NCBI GenBank assembly: GCA_035457485.1 | Contig: DATIBO010000006.1 | Span: 242,659 to 306,658 of the forward strand | DNA length: 64,000 nucleotides | Reading direction: 5' to 3' | DNA from: Candidatus Saccharimonadales bacterium | GTDB lineage: Bacteria > Patescibacteriota > Saccharimonadia > Saccharimonadales > EFPC-124 | In this document: positions 38,120-46,497 of the stretch, in pieces | Numbering within the stretch: the first letter of the stretch is position 1 | How the letters are laid out: each line of letters begins with the position of its first letter | Program-made: the position numbers and the translations under genes | The notes under the pieces: model-generated | What the model saw: only the letters and a program-made list of their open reading frames with translations | Databases searched by the model: none | Told to the model about the DNA's origin: nothing

Positions 38120-38707
38120 TTAGACCATGGCCGTTATCACAGGAATGGTTGGCGCGCTCAGGATGCGACCAGCCATCGCCTGAAGGTGCGGCGGTCGGCT
38201 GTTGGTGGTGTTGAGCCAGTCGCAGTCCGGGAACTTGGTGAGCAGCAGGCCACGGATCCCGTTGACGAAGCTCTGTGTAATCTTCTTCGTCAGTACAGTG
38301 CTTTGTTGCGCGCTCAGGCCGTGTCCAGCGGCGATGACATCGTCGTACACAATACTGCCGGGCACTCCGCAGTCGTGTCGCGTGAGCAAGTGACGCTGCC
38401 GGCTCAGGATGTCGCTGGTGGACACCCCGAACTTCAGGTGCGCCGCGAGCTTGGCGAGCACGAACTCCATTTGTTCTTGGGCCTTGTCGCCGAAGACGAT
38501 GGTCGTCATAATGCGCTGATCCAGTGGTGTATTGCTGTGCCACGGATCAGTGGGGTTCAGTATAGCCATGGTGAAGTCGAAACTTCCCAGGGCTAGATGA
38601 GCCGACGCGTATTGCCCGCCGAACTGGATGGCTCGCGCGATCTGCTCGCCGAGCTCGGTGTCGGAGATCTGGTCGTACCACGGGTTTGCGCCCAGGATGT
38701 ACTCCAC
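38120..38707 (-). CDS. Hypothetical protein with high-GC3 codon usage (likely foreign origin)
   Basis: 195 aa. Nearly all codons end in G/C. This is the only one of the three overlapping frames without Arg/Pro-rich junk composition. No motif recognised. Confidence 0.6.
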   Translation of the reverse strand: MEYILGANPWYDQISDTELGEQIARAIQFGGQYASAHLALGSFDFTMAILNPTDPWHSNTPLDQRIMTTIVFGDKAQEQMEFVLAKLAAHLKFGVSTSDILSRQRHLLTRHDCGVPGSIVYDDVIAAGHGLSAQQSTVLTKKITQSFVNGIRGLLLTKFPDCDWLNTTNSRPPHLQAMAGRILSAPTIPVITAMV

Positions 38708-38804
38708 GATAACTCCCTAATTTCGGTGTCTGCAGGGTATCCACAAACAAGTAAACTAATACTAAAATATTAATTCTTCGTAGTCAATCTAACAGATAAG
38801 TTCT

Positions 38805-38882
38805 TGGGGCGAATGATGGGGGTTGAACCCACGGCCTCCGGAGCCACAATCCAGCGCTCTAACCAACTGAGCTACATCCGCC
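38805..38882 (-). tRNA. tRNA-His (anticodon GTG) with encoded G-1 and CCA
   Basis: Acceptor GCGGATG/CATTCGC, anticodon loop TTGTGGC, T-loop TTCAACC. An extra 5' G sits opposite discriminator C. Confidence 0.9.
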
Positions 38883-38926
38883 AAGACATTGCTATTCTAA
38901 CACGAATAACAGATATAACCAATAGA

Positions 38927-40486
38927 TCAAATCTCTTCGCGCTTATCTCGCAAAAAATCTACCCAACTTCGTAACGTCGCCAGAATAGTCTTAAGTGGAA
39001 GCTCAATTGCCAGATCTAGCAAAAATGCAACTAAATTTACCTGACGATATTTGTCACTCAAAAACTGGCCCAGTTGAATAAAGGGTAGATATAAAAAGTC
39101 AGCTAGTGCAGCAAAAACCGTCTGCGGGCGATCAACAATCTCGAGCTCGCGCGCTGACTGAATAATCCTAAATCGGAGCAAACTCGTGCCCGACATAAAC
39201 ATAAAAAAGATAACTGCATGAACAATATGAAAGCCAACTTTTGCTAACAGCCAGCCAACCAATGTCAGCGATGCTACGGCAATAACTGCATAAATTGCGT
39301 TAAACCATGTGCGTTTTTTGCGGCCGACTCGTGCGCGCAATCGATAAGTCACCGGATTGTCGGTATTATAAATAATTCTCTGAGCGTAATTAATGATCCC
39401 CATAGTGTTGCGACCATCAGGTTTTTTTATGCTGTAAATTGCGCTGACCATGTAAATGATTGGCACGATCAACGTAATCGCCAACGGAATGTAGGCGATG
39501 TGCCCCATAACCAACAGATCATACGGTATCTCGATCGCTATACCCACCAAAAGTTTTGTTATAAAAATAAAAATCACCGCGCGCTTTATGCTTTTTTGCA
39601 ATTTTTGCTGGGTGGAGTTGTATAGGCCCAAGATTGTTTCTTCGAGAGCGCTTAAAAATTTGGGCCGGTTATGCAAATCTAGGCTAAGGTTATTTTGCAA
39701 AGTTTCTTTTATGCTGCGCTGTGGTGCGCCGTAGCGATTAATTAATCGACCAATTTTGTTAGTTTGCGGAGTATCGAACCATTCATCGATCTGTTGACAT
39801 GCAGCAATAAAATCGTCGATCCTTTTATTTTTGTCGGCACCAATGCTTAGCCAAACGCTCAAAGTTGTAGCTTGATCAGAGTTAAATAGCGCGCGCATAG
39901 TGGCGCAATAAACAGCAATTCTAACCTGTTCGGGAGTTAAGCCGTCAAAAACTCTAGCGTCAATCGCCTGTAAGTAATGATTGTAAGCAAAGTCGATAAA
40001 CGGGTCTGTTATATACTGCGGATCCAAAAGCCGCTCGAGCGCCACCGACAAAATCTGATAAGTCCAGCGCGAAGCCGACTGATGACCAACTAAGTTTTGA
40101 GCTGAATTGTAAAAATGAGTGTATTCGGCTACAAACCTATTGATTTCGGTCAAAGTTTTAATTGCAATCGAATCGTTGCTAAAATAGCGAGCGTTTGTAA
40201 GCTCGATAACCAAGTCTTTTGCAATCTTTTTAGGATGTGCGCCAGTTTTTAAGTTAAGGTTTCGGCGCAAAAATCGCTCAATTGCTGAGCGCAAAATAAG
40301 ATGTTGCTGGGAATAATCTGCGGCGTTTCGCAGCTTTTCGTAGGCAAAATAAACATCGCCTGCTAATCCCGAAACATGCAAATTTTCGCCAGCGGCCGTG
40401 GACAGATTAGATTTTTGTTGCGCCTGCGCCAAAAGTATATCCAAGCGCCGAGCTATAGGTGAAAGCTCTTGAGAATCCATGTGCAA
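38927..40486 (-). CDS. Large conserved-looking membrane protein of unknown function
   Basis: 519 aa: a ~300-aa soluble helical N-terminal region, then about 5 TM helices. Confidence 0.6.
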   Translation of the reverse strand: MHMDSQELSPIARRLDILLAQAQQKSNLSTAAGENLHVSGLAGDVYFAYEKLRNAADYSQQHLILRSAIERFLRRNLNLKTGAHPKKIAKDLVIELTNARYFSNDSIAIKTLTEINRFVAEYTHFYNSAQNLVGHQSASRWTYQILSVALERLLDPQYITDPFIDFAYNHYLQAIDARVFDGLTPEQVRIAVYCATMRALFNSDQATTLSVWLSIGADKNKRIDDFIAACQQIDEWFDTPQTNKIGRLINRYGAPQRSIKETLQNNLSLDLHNRPKFLSALEETILGLYNSTQQKLQKSIKRAVIFIFITKLLVGIAIEIPYDLLVMGHIAYIPLAITLIVPIIYMVSAIYSIKKPDGRNTMGIINYAQRIIYNTDNPVTYRLRARVGRKKRTWFNAIYAVIAVASLTLVGWLLAKVGFHIVHAVIFFMFMSGTSLLRFRIIQSARELEIVDRPQTVFAALADFLYLPFIQLGQFLSDKYRQVNLVAFLLDLAIELPLKTILATLRSWVDFLRDKREEI

Positions 40487-40552
40487 ATATTAGTTTACCA
40501 CCCCATAGACAAACCTGCCAAATATGGGGTGATTCTGTTATAATAATTACAT

Positions 40553-40629
40553 GCCCCGGTAGCTCAGCTGGACAGAGCAGGAGACTTCTAAGCTTCAGGT
40601 CGTTGGTTCGAGCCCAACCCGGGGTACCA
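40553..40629 (+). tRNA. tRNA-Arg (anticodon TCT), CCA encoded
   Basis: Acceptor GCCCCGG/CCGGGGT, anticodon loop CTTCTAA (one A-G mismatch closes the stem), T-arm GTTGG-TTCGAGC-CCAAC. Confidence 0.88.
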
Positions 40630-40649
40630 GAGATTATATAAAACTAGGA

Positions 40650-40919
40650 ATGAAAATTTTCCAGTTAGAAGAGATTATGAAACGCAAATGGGATTCCGAA
40701 AACGCCGAGCTTAATAAGAAATGCGTGAACGAAATTATAGCGCGGATCGACGAGATTGAAGACTCAGTTGGTGTAGTTGCGGCGCAAGATGTAATTGATA
40801 TTGTGCTAGAAAATTTAGCGCCAGAAATCTACAACAAGGGAGTGGCTGACGCTAAAAAGTCTATTCAAGAGAAGCTTTTAGATATTGAGGTTGACCTGGA
40901 TTCACTTAAGCAGAGTTAG
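40650..40919 (+). CDS. Small acidic hypothetical protein (DUF2164-like by recollection)
   Basis: 89-aa ORF; the segment VGVVAAQDVIDIVLENLAPEIYNKGVADA resembles that family. Not verified. Confidence 0.4.
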   Translation: MKIFQLEEIMKRKWDSENAELNKKCVNEIIARIDEIEDSVGVVAAQDVIDIVLENLAPEIYNKGVADAKKSIQEKLLDIEVDLDSLKQS

Positions 40920-40928
40920 TGAATCCCA

Positions 40929-42452
40929 CTAGATTTCTCGAATTATCTCAATCTTTGCGCCTAAGGATTTTAGTCGCTCGGCTAAGTCTTCGTAGCCGCG
41001 GTTGATCGAGTAAATGTTGCGTAAAACCGATACGCCCGGCGCGGCTAACATGCCGATTAACAATACCACTGCCGGACGCAAAGCCGGTGGGCAAATTACT
41101 TCGGCTGGTTTCCAGCGAGTCGGGCCGTTAACGTACGCTCGGTGAACGTCGGCTAAAGAGACGTCGGCGTTTAGTTTGCTTAGCTCTGTGTAGTATATGG
41201 CACGGTTTTCGTAGACCCAGTCGTGGATCAAAGTTTTACCCCTAGCAGTTGCTGCGATTGGTACAAAGAAAGGTAGGTTGTCTATGTTAATTCCTGGGAA
41301 TGGGTGGGCTTCGATTTTATCTTCGAGCGATACTAGTTCGCCACTTTCTTTGCAGAATATATCGATCAGATTAGTCTGGCCGTTTTTAGCTTTGTACGTT
41401 TCACCTAATTCGAATTTAAAACCCATTTTTTCGAGTTTAAGCAGCTCAAGATCCAAAAAGTCGATTGGCGCGCGCTTGATTGCGATTGGCGAATTTGTGG
41501 TTGCGGCGACGCTCAAAAAGGTCATCGCTTCGATTGGGTCTTCGCTTGGCCAATATTCAACGTCAAGGTTGATATTTTTTATACCATGAACACGCAGAGT
41601 ACTAGTTCCGATTCCTTCGATTTTAACACCTAGTTTTTCTAAGAAAAAACAAGTGTCCTGAACCATATAGTTGCTGGAGGCGCGGCGAATTTCGGTTACA
41701 CCAGGCGTGCGAGCTGCGGCCATTAAAGCGTTCTCGGTAGGAGTGTCGCCCTCTTCGTACATCACGACTTTACTTGGTTTTTTATGTTCAACTGTGCAGC
41801 GGTACCAGCCCTGTGTTGTTAGGACATTTAGGCCGAATTCTTCGAGTGCAAAAAGGTGAGGTTGAATTGTGCGTTCGCCCAGTTTACAGCCGCCGGCGTA
41901 GGGTAACATGAATTCGTCAACGAGATGCATAAGCGGACCCATAAACATCACAACGCTGCGAGTGCGGCGTCCGGCTTCTTCGTTCATTTTGTCGAGTTGC
42001 AAAGTTTTTGGTGGTTTTATCTCGAGGTCAAAGTCGTTTAACCAGCGCACTTTTACGCCAATACTAACCATGACTTCTAGTAGTCGATTGACTTCTTCGA
42101 TCCGTGGCATCCGCCGCAAAGTAGTAGTACCTTTGTTTAAGAGCGATGCGCAAAGTAAGGAAACAGCTGCATTTTTACTGGTGTTAATTGTGACCTCGCC
42201 GCTTAGTTTGTGGCCGCCTTCAACTCTAAAATTTAGGCTGCCAGTACTCAAGGAGACGATCTCGCTTTGCAGAGCATCCGAGATTCGGGCCAGCATTTCC
42301 ATACTTAGGTTTTGGCCACCGTTCTCGATGCGATTTACGGCACTTTGGCTAGTGCCTAGCGCTCGAGCTAGTTCGATCTGAGTCATGTTGCGATCAGAGC
42401 GAATTCTTTGAATTAGTTTACCAATTTTTTGCTTGTAATCTACTTCGTTCAT
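40929..42452 (-). CDS. murA: UDP-N-acetylglucosamine 1-carboxyvinyltransferase (MurA) with N-terminal XRE-type HTH domain
   Basis: N-terminal HTH IRSDRNMTQIELARALGTSQSAVNRIENG. The MurA body starts at FRVEGGHKLSGEVTINTSKNAA. Active-site loop YAGGCKLGERTIQPH. An alternative GTG start at 42638 would add 62 aa. Confidence 0.85.
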   Translation of the reverse strand: MNEVDYKQKIGKLIQRIRSDRNMTQIELARALGTSQSAVNRIENGGQNLSMEMLARISDALQSEIVSLSTGSLNFRVEGGHKLSGEVTINTSKNAAVSLLCASLLNKGTTTLRRMPRIEEVNRLLEVMVSIGVKVRWLNDFDLEIKPPKTLQLDKMNEEAGRRTRSVVMFMGPLMHLVDEFMLPYAGGCKLGERTIQPHLFALEEFGLNVLTTQGWYRCTVEHKKPSKVVMYEEGDTPTENALMAAARTPGVTEIRRASSNYMVQDTCFFLEKLGVKIEGIGTSTLRVHGIKNINLDVEYWPSEDPIEAMTFLSVAATTNSPIAIKRAPIDFLDLELLKLEKMGFKFELGETYKAKNGQTNLIDIFCKESGELVSLEDKIEAHPFPGINIDNLPFFVPIAATARGKTLIHDWVYENRAIYYTELSKLNADVSLADVHRAYVNGPTRWKPAEVICPPALRPAVVLLIGMLAAPGVSVLRNIYSINRGYEDLAERLKSLGAKIEIIREI

Positions 42453-42706
42453 ACCATCTATAATATCATATGTGATGTAAATACAAAAGCAAAATAAATT
42501 CAGACTTCTAGTTAGACGGGCGGACACTTTTAGCATCTGACCGTCTGCCTCGCTCAGCGACTTCAGATCGACGTAGCCCCGGACGCTAATGACTTCAGCG
42601 CTTGAGGTGTCGGCGACCGCTTTCTTCCTTACTTCCACGATTCCTCCTGTGGAGTGTGGTATGAGCTATATAAATATACAATAAAAATCATATTAGTCAA
42701 AAAATC

Positions 42707-42736
42707 TTGTAAAGGCTAGTATGGTGCAGCTACAAT
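42707..42736 (+). promoter_or_regulatory. Putative promoter of glyA
   Basis: TTGTAA (42707..42712), an 18-nt spacer, TACAAT (42731..42736). Confidence 0.35.
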
Positions 42737-42790
42737 AAAAACCATGATCTAAAAGTCGTTCAAAAAATCGCAAACTAAACGGGTAAAATT

Positions 42791-44068
42791 ATGAACGATA
42801 CTTTAATTGCAAAACTTATACAACAAGAGGAACAACGCCAGCGCGAGGGTTTGGAGCTTATCCCGAGCGAGAACTACGTTAGCCGCGAAGTGCTTAATGC
42901 GCTTGGAAGCGTTTTAACAAATAAATATTCCGAGGGCTATCCTGGCAAACGATATTACGGCGGCCAAGAATTTACCGATCAAATCGAGCAATTGGCGATC
43001 GATCGCGCTAAACAGCTTTTTGGTTGTGACCATGCCAACGTGCAGCCGCATTCTGGCGCGCCGGCAAACATTGCGGTTTACCAAGCCTGGTTACAGCCTG
43101 GCGATGCGGTAATGGCTATGGAGCTCAGTCACGGTGGCCACCTAACCCATGGCCATCCAATTACCAGTAGCGCCAAACTTTATAATTTTGTGCGCTACGG
43201 AATTAAAGATGTCGAAACTGGCGAAATTGACTATAACGCAATGCGAGATTTAGCAAAAAAGCATCGCCCAAAGATCTTGCTTGCGGGTTTTAGCGGCTAT
43301 CCACGCAGTCTGGATTACCAAAAATTTGCAGAAATTGGCCGCGAGGTTGGTGCAATGCTAATGGCAGATATGGCACATATTGCCGGGCTTATTGCTGGCA
43401 AAGCGTTACCTAATCCTTTTGACTTTGGTTTTAACGTTGTTACAACGACAACCCACAAAACCTTGCGTGGGCCGCGTGGAGGAATGATTTTAAGTAATGG
43501 AACGGTCGGCAATCCGCTTAAAGCGCCCGAACAAACTCTGCAAAATCTACCAACCTTAATTGATCGCGAGGTGTTTCCTGGATTCCAAGGCGGCCCGCAC
43601 ATGCATAGTATTGCTGCAAAAGCCGTAAGTTTTAACGAAGCTCTGCAGCCAGAGTTCCAAGTTTACGCCAAGCAGGTTCTAAAAAACGCTAGCCGCTTGG
43701 CTAACGAGCTTATGAAGCGCGGTTTTAAACTTGTGACAAATGGTACAGACAACCACATGATTTTGGTCGATGTGATGACCTCGTTTAAAATCGATGGTAA
43801 AGAAGCCGAGGAAGCGCTTGATAAAATTGGTTTGACGCTTAACAAAAATACAATTCCGCACGACACGCTACCGCCGTTTAAGCCAAGCGGAATTCGCCTT
43901 GGAACACCGGCAATGACGACGCGTGGACTAACTGAGCATCACATGGAGCAAGTTGCAGAGTGGATGAGATTGGCAATTAAACATCGAGGTGACGATAAAA
44001 AATTGGCCGAGCTTAAGAGCCAGACAAAAGAATTCGCCTTGCAGTTTAAGTTACCGAGTGACAATTAA
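42791..44068 (+). CDS. glyA: Serine hydroxymethyltransferase
   Basis: LELIPSENY, SHGGHLTHG, TTTTHKTLRGPRGG (PLP-binding lysine). Confidence 0.97.
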   Translation: MNDTLIAKLIQQEEQRQREGLELIPSENYVSREVLNALGSVLTNKYSEGYPGKRYYGGQEFTDQIEQLAIDRAKQLFGCDHANVQPHSGAPANIAVYQAWLQPGDAVMAMELSHGGHLTHGHPITSSAKLYNFVRYGIKDVETGEIDYNAMRDLAKKHRPKILLAGFSGYPRSLDYQKFAEIGREVGAMLMADMAHIAGLIAGKALPNPFDFGFNVVTTTTHKTLRGPRGGMILSNGTVGNPLKAPEQTLQNLPTLIDREVFPGFQGGPHMHSIAAKAVSFNEALQPEFQVYAKQVLKNASRLANELMKRGFKLVTNGTDNHMILVDVMTSFKIDGKEAEEALDKIGLTLNKNTIPHDTLPPFKPSGIRLGTPAMTTRGLTEHHMEQVAEWMRLAIKHRGDDKKLAELKSQTKEFALQFKLPSDN

Positions 44069-44093
44069 CGCAAAACCCTTTACAATTAAGGCG

Positions 44094-44591
44094 ATGAATG
44101 GTGTTGCCGACTGGAAAAGAGTTGAAAACAAAGCTCATGAGATATTAAACAAGTTTAATATCAAGGAGCCTTTAATTGACGTTTACTCTATCGCCGATGC
44201 CGAAGGTATAAATATTAATCCGGTTATTCCTGGAGAAGACCATGAATTTAGCGGCTTCTTAGACAGCAACGGTGAAAAACCGGTCATGTATGTTAATGCC
44301 GATGAATCCGTTACCCGACAAAACTGGACGATCGCCCACGAACTAGGCCACTATTATTTACAGCATAAGCCAGACGAATGGGGAATTGCTTGGCGAAACC
44401 AGTCCGATAAAAACGAATTTGAGCAAGAAGCCGACTACTTTGCTGCTTGTTTACTCGTGCCCGAACAAATGCTCCGAAGTTTAATGCGCAAGTTTAAACT
44501 TAAAGCTGAGGATAGTTTGCTTTTGTCTCAGATGTTTGGAGTTTCCGAGCGAGCTATGAAGAACCGACTTAACTTTTTACGAATTACTTAA
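44094..44591 (+). CDS. ImmA/IrrE-family zinc metallopeptidase (DUF955-like)
   Basis: HEXXH motif AHELGHYYLQH plus downstream EQEADYFAACLLVP. Start moved to the ATG at 44094. Confidence 0.75.
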   Translation: MNGVADWKRVENKAHEILNKFNIKEPLIDVYSIADAEGININPVIPGEDHEFSGFLDSNGEKPVMYVNADESVTRQNWTIAHELGHYYLQHKPDEWGIAWRNQSDKNEFEQEADYFAACLLVPEQMLRSLMRKFKLKAEDSLLLSQMFGVSERAMKNRLNFLRIT

Positions 44592-44939
44592 ATGGCCGAT
44601 AAACGACAACTTATTAAAGAAAGCCAGCCGATCCCCAGAGAGCAGTGGAGACTCGATAACTGGACGACTTTGAGCGACAAAGAACAGCGAGCCTTTTTGA
44701 TTTCACGCGAGCATGCCGAGTTAATTAAGCATAGAGGTTACTGGAGTTTTTCGCTAATTGGAATCGTAATCGCGATTAATATTGTTAGCTTGGCGGTGGT
44801 GATCTTGATTGGACTTGGAAGAATGCAATTTAACGGCGATCTTGCGGTGCCATCTATAATTACGGCAAACTTTGTTCAAACCTGGGCTTTGACAAAAATT
44901 GCCATGAAGTTCTATTTTAGTGACGACAAAAAATCCTAA
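44592..44939 (+). CDS. Small membrane protein (two TM helices), coupled to the ImmA-like gene
   Basis: ATG directly follows the TAA of the upstream gene; central hydrophobic hairpin. Confidence 0.55.
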   Translation: MADKRQLIKESQPIPREQWRLDNWTTLSDKEQRAFLISREHAELIKHRGYWSFSLIGIVIAINIVSLAVVILIGLGRMQFNGDLAVPSIITANFVQTWALTKIAMKFYFSDDKKS

Positions 44940-45955
44940 AGCAGTTCGGGTTCTTGCTCAAGTGTAATTCCAAATTTGTTATAGACTTTCTTAACAATTT
45001 CGTCTTGAAATGCCTTAAGATCCTTGTAACTTTTTGCTGATTCGTTGACGAAAACCAGCGCGTTTTTTTCGTAGGTTTTCATCCCGTGTGCCGAGTAGCC
45101 TTTGAGCCCGGCTTGATCTACAAGCCACCCCGCTGCAAACTTAACTTGCGAGTCAGGCATTGGCCAATGAGGTGCGTTAGGCGCGATTTTTAGCAAGTTT
45201 TCGGCGTCTTCTTCGGTTACAATTGGATTCTTAAAAAAACTTCCGGTGTTTGCAATTTTTTTAGGATCTGGCAAAATGGCCGAGCGGATTTCGGTGATCG
45301 CTTTACGAATCTGCGCAGGAGAATAGTCCGTAATCTTATTGTCGTCAAAATATTTTTGCAGGCGTGGGTAAAATGGCGGTTTTAGTTGGGACTTGCTCAA
45401 TTTTAATGTGATATCAATTATGATGTAGCGACGGCCGGCTAGCGGTTTAAAAATACTGTTGCGATAGCTAAACTGGCAATCTTTTTTACTCAAAACGACA
45501 AAATCATCGGTTTTCGTATCGTATGCCTGTAATTCGACAAAAGTTTGTGAAATCTCCTGTCCATAGGCACCAACATTTTGAACAGGAGTCGCACCTGCTC
45601 GACCTGGAATTGCGCTAAGGGCTTCGATGCCGCTTAAACCAAGTTCAACGCTTTTACCTACGACTTCGTCCCAGTTTTCGCCCGCGCCAATTTTTACACT
45701 TACGCCATCTGGTAAAACCTCGAATCCAGTAATTCGATTTAAAATTACCAAACCGGCAAAACCTTCGTCGCGCACAATCATGTTGCTGCCATCACCTAAA
45801 ACCAAAATTGGCAGGTTTGTTTGTTTAGCGAAATTGATAGCCTCCACAAGTTCATTTTTATTTTGCACGGAAACCACATTTTTAGCCGGCCCACCAAGCT
45901 GCATGGTTGTCAGAGTTGCCATTGGGATTTGATTTTGCATCTGCATGTAAACCAT
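44936..45955 (-). CDS. murB: UDP-N-acetylenolpyruvoylglucosamine reductase
   Basis: FAD-binding region LGGPAKN...ILVLGDGSNMIV; C-terminal GSFFKNP motif. Confidence 0.9.
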   Translation of the reverse strand: MVYMQMQNQIPMATLTTMQLGGPAKNVVSVQNKNELVEAINFAKQTNLPILVLGDGSNMIVRDEGFAGLVILNRITGFEVLPDGVSVKIGAGENWDEVVGKSVELGLSGIEALSAIPGRAGATPVQNVGAYGQEISQTFVELQAYDTKTDDFVVLSKKDCQFSYRNSIFKPLAGRRYIIIDITLKLSKSQLKPPFYPRLQKYFDDNKITDYSPAQIRKAITEIRSAILPDPKKIANTGSFFKNPIVTEEDAENLLKIAPNAPHWPMPDSQVKFAAGWLVDQAGLKGYSAHGMKTYEKNALVFVNESAKSYKDLKAFQDEIVKKVYNKFGITLEQEPELL

Positions 45956-45970
45956 TATACTAATTACATA

Positions 45971-46492
45971 ATGATTTATACGCTTTTTATACCGATTGCG
46001 CTGATTTTTGTACCTTGGTTGGTGGTAAGGTTTATTTTTACTACTGATAAAACTAAAAGTTTACCTTACTTAAAACACGCAGGTTTTTTGTGGACGGCGA
46101 GTGCGGCCTGGTTTTTGTCGCAGTGGCTGCCAAATATTCCAATTTCACCAGAGACTGATACATTTACAATGCACACCATGGGCGGTGTTGTGGCGGCAAT
46201 TTTATTTGTTTACGTGTGCAAGGTTTACGAAATCCAGTTTAAATATTGGTGGCAAGCTTGGCTTTGCATGTATTTTTTTGTAAGTGGTTTAGGGGTTTTA
46301 AACGAGCTTTTTGAATTTTTTATAGATCGCACGGGTATTTTTGACGTAATCGGCGGTGATGAATGGTGGGATCTTCTGGCAAACACAATCGGTGGGTTTT
46401 TGGCGTACGGTACTTATGCCATTGTGAGGGTACTTAAAAGTCGTAATGGAGCTCGTGGGGTCAATGGGTTCAGACCAGGCTCTGACGCATAA
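45971..46492 (+). CDS. Polytopic membrane protein, unknown function
   Basis: Start moved to the ATG at 45971 (MIYTLFIPIALIF); about 5 TM helices. Confidence 0.5.
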   Translation: MIYTLFIPIALIFVPWLVVRFIFTTDKTKSLPYLKHAGFLWTASAAWFLSQWLPNIPISPETDTFTMHTMGGVVAAILFVYVCKVYEIQFKYWWQAWLCMYFFVSGLGVLNELFEFFIDRTGIFDVIGGDEWWDLLANTIGGFLAYGTYAIVRVLKSRNGARGVNGFRPGSDA

Positions 46493-46497
46493 ATTAT

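Larger units (their letters stand above)
38045..38804. other. GC-rich islet abutting the 3' end of tRNA-His (putative horizontally acquired DNA)
   Basis: Hand count gives 61 G+C in nt 38201..38300 and 36 in nt 39001..39100. Three long overlapping ORFs occur in different frames, a high-GC hallmark. Boundaries are approximate. Confidence 0.6.

Noticed and set aside
37947-38596. Long ORFs 37947..38543 (minus, 198 aa) and 38060..38596 (plus, 178 aa) overlapping the islet gene
   Set aside because: Both translate to Arg/Pro/His/Gly-rich sequences typical of off-frame reading of high-GC DNA. The 38120..38707 frame has G/C-ending codons and balanced composition, so only that one was annotated.
42480-42660. 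Possible SRP (4.5S) RNA on the minus strand in the murA-glyA spacer (GGAAGTAAGGAAGAAAGC string)
   Set aside because: I could not fold a helix-8-like hairpin with a GNRA tetraloop and the symmetric/asymmetric loops. The segment also reads as an SD-led open frame. It is kept only as a low-interest finding to be tested with Rfam.
45821-45970. N-terminal 50 codons of the track ORF 45821..46492
   Set aside because: They overlap the murB 5' end on the opposite strand and encode His/Cys-rich junk. The hydrophobic protein plausibly starts at the ATG at 45971.
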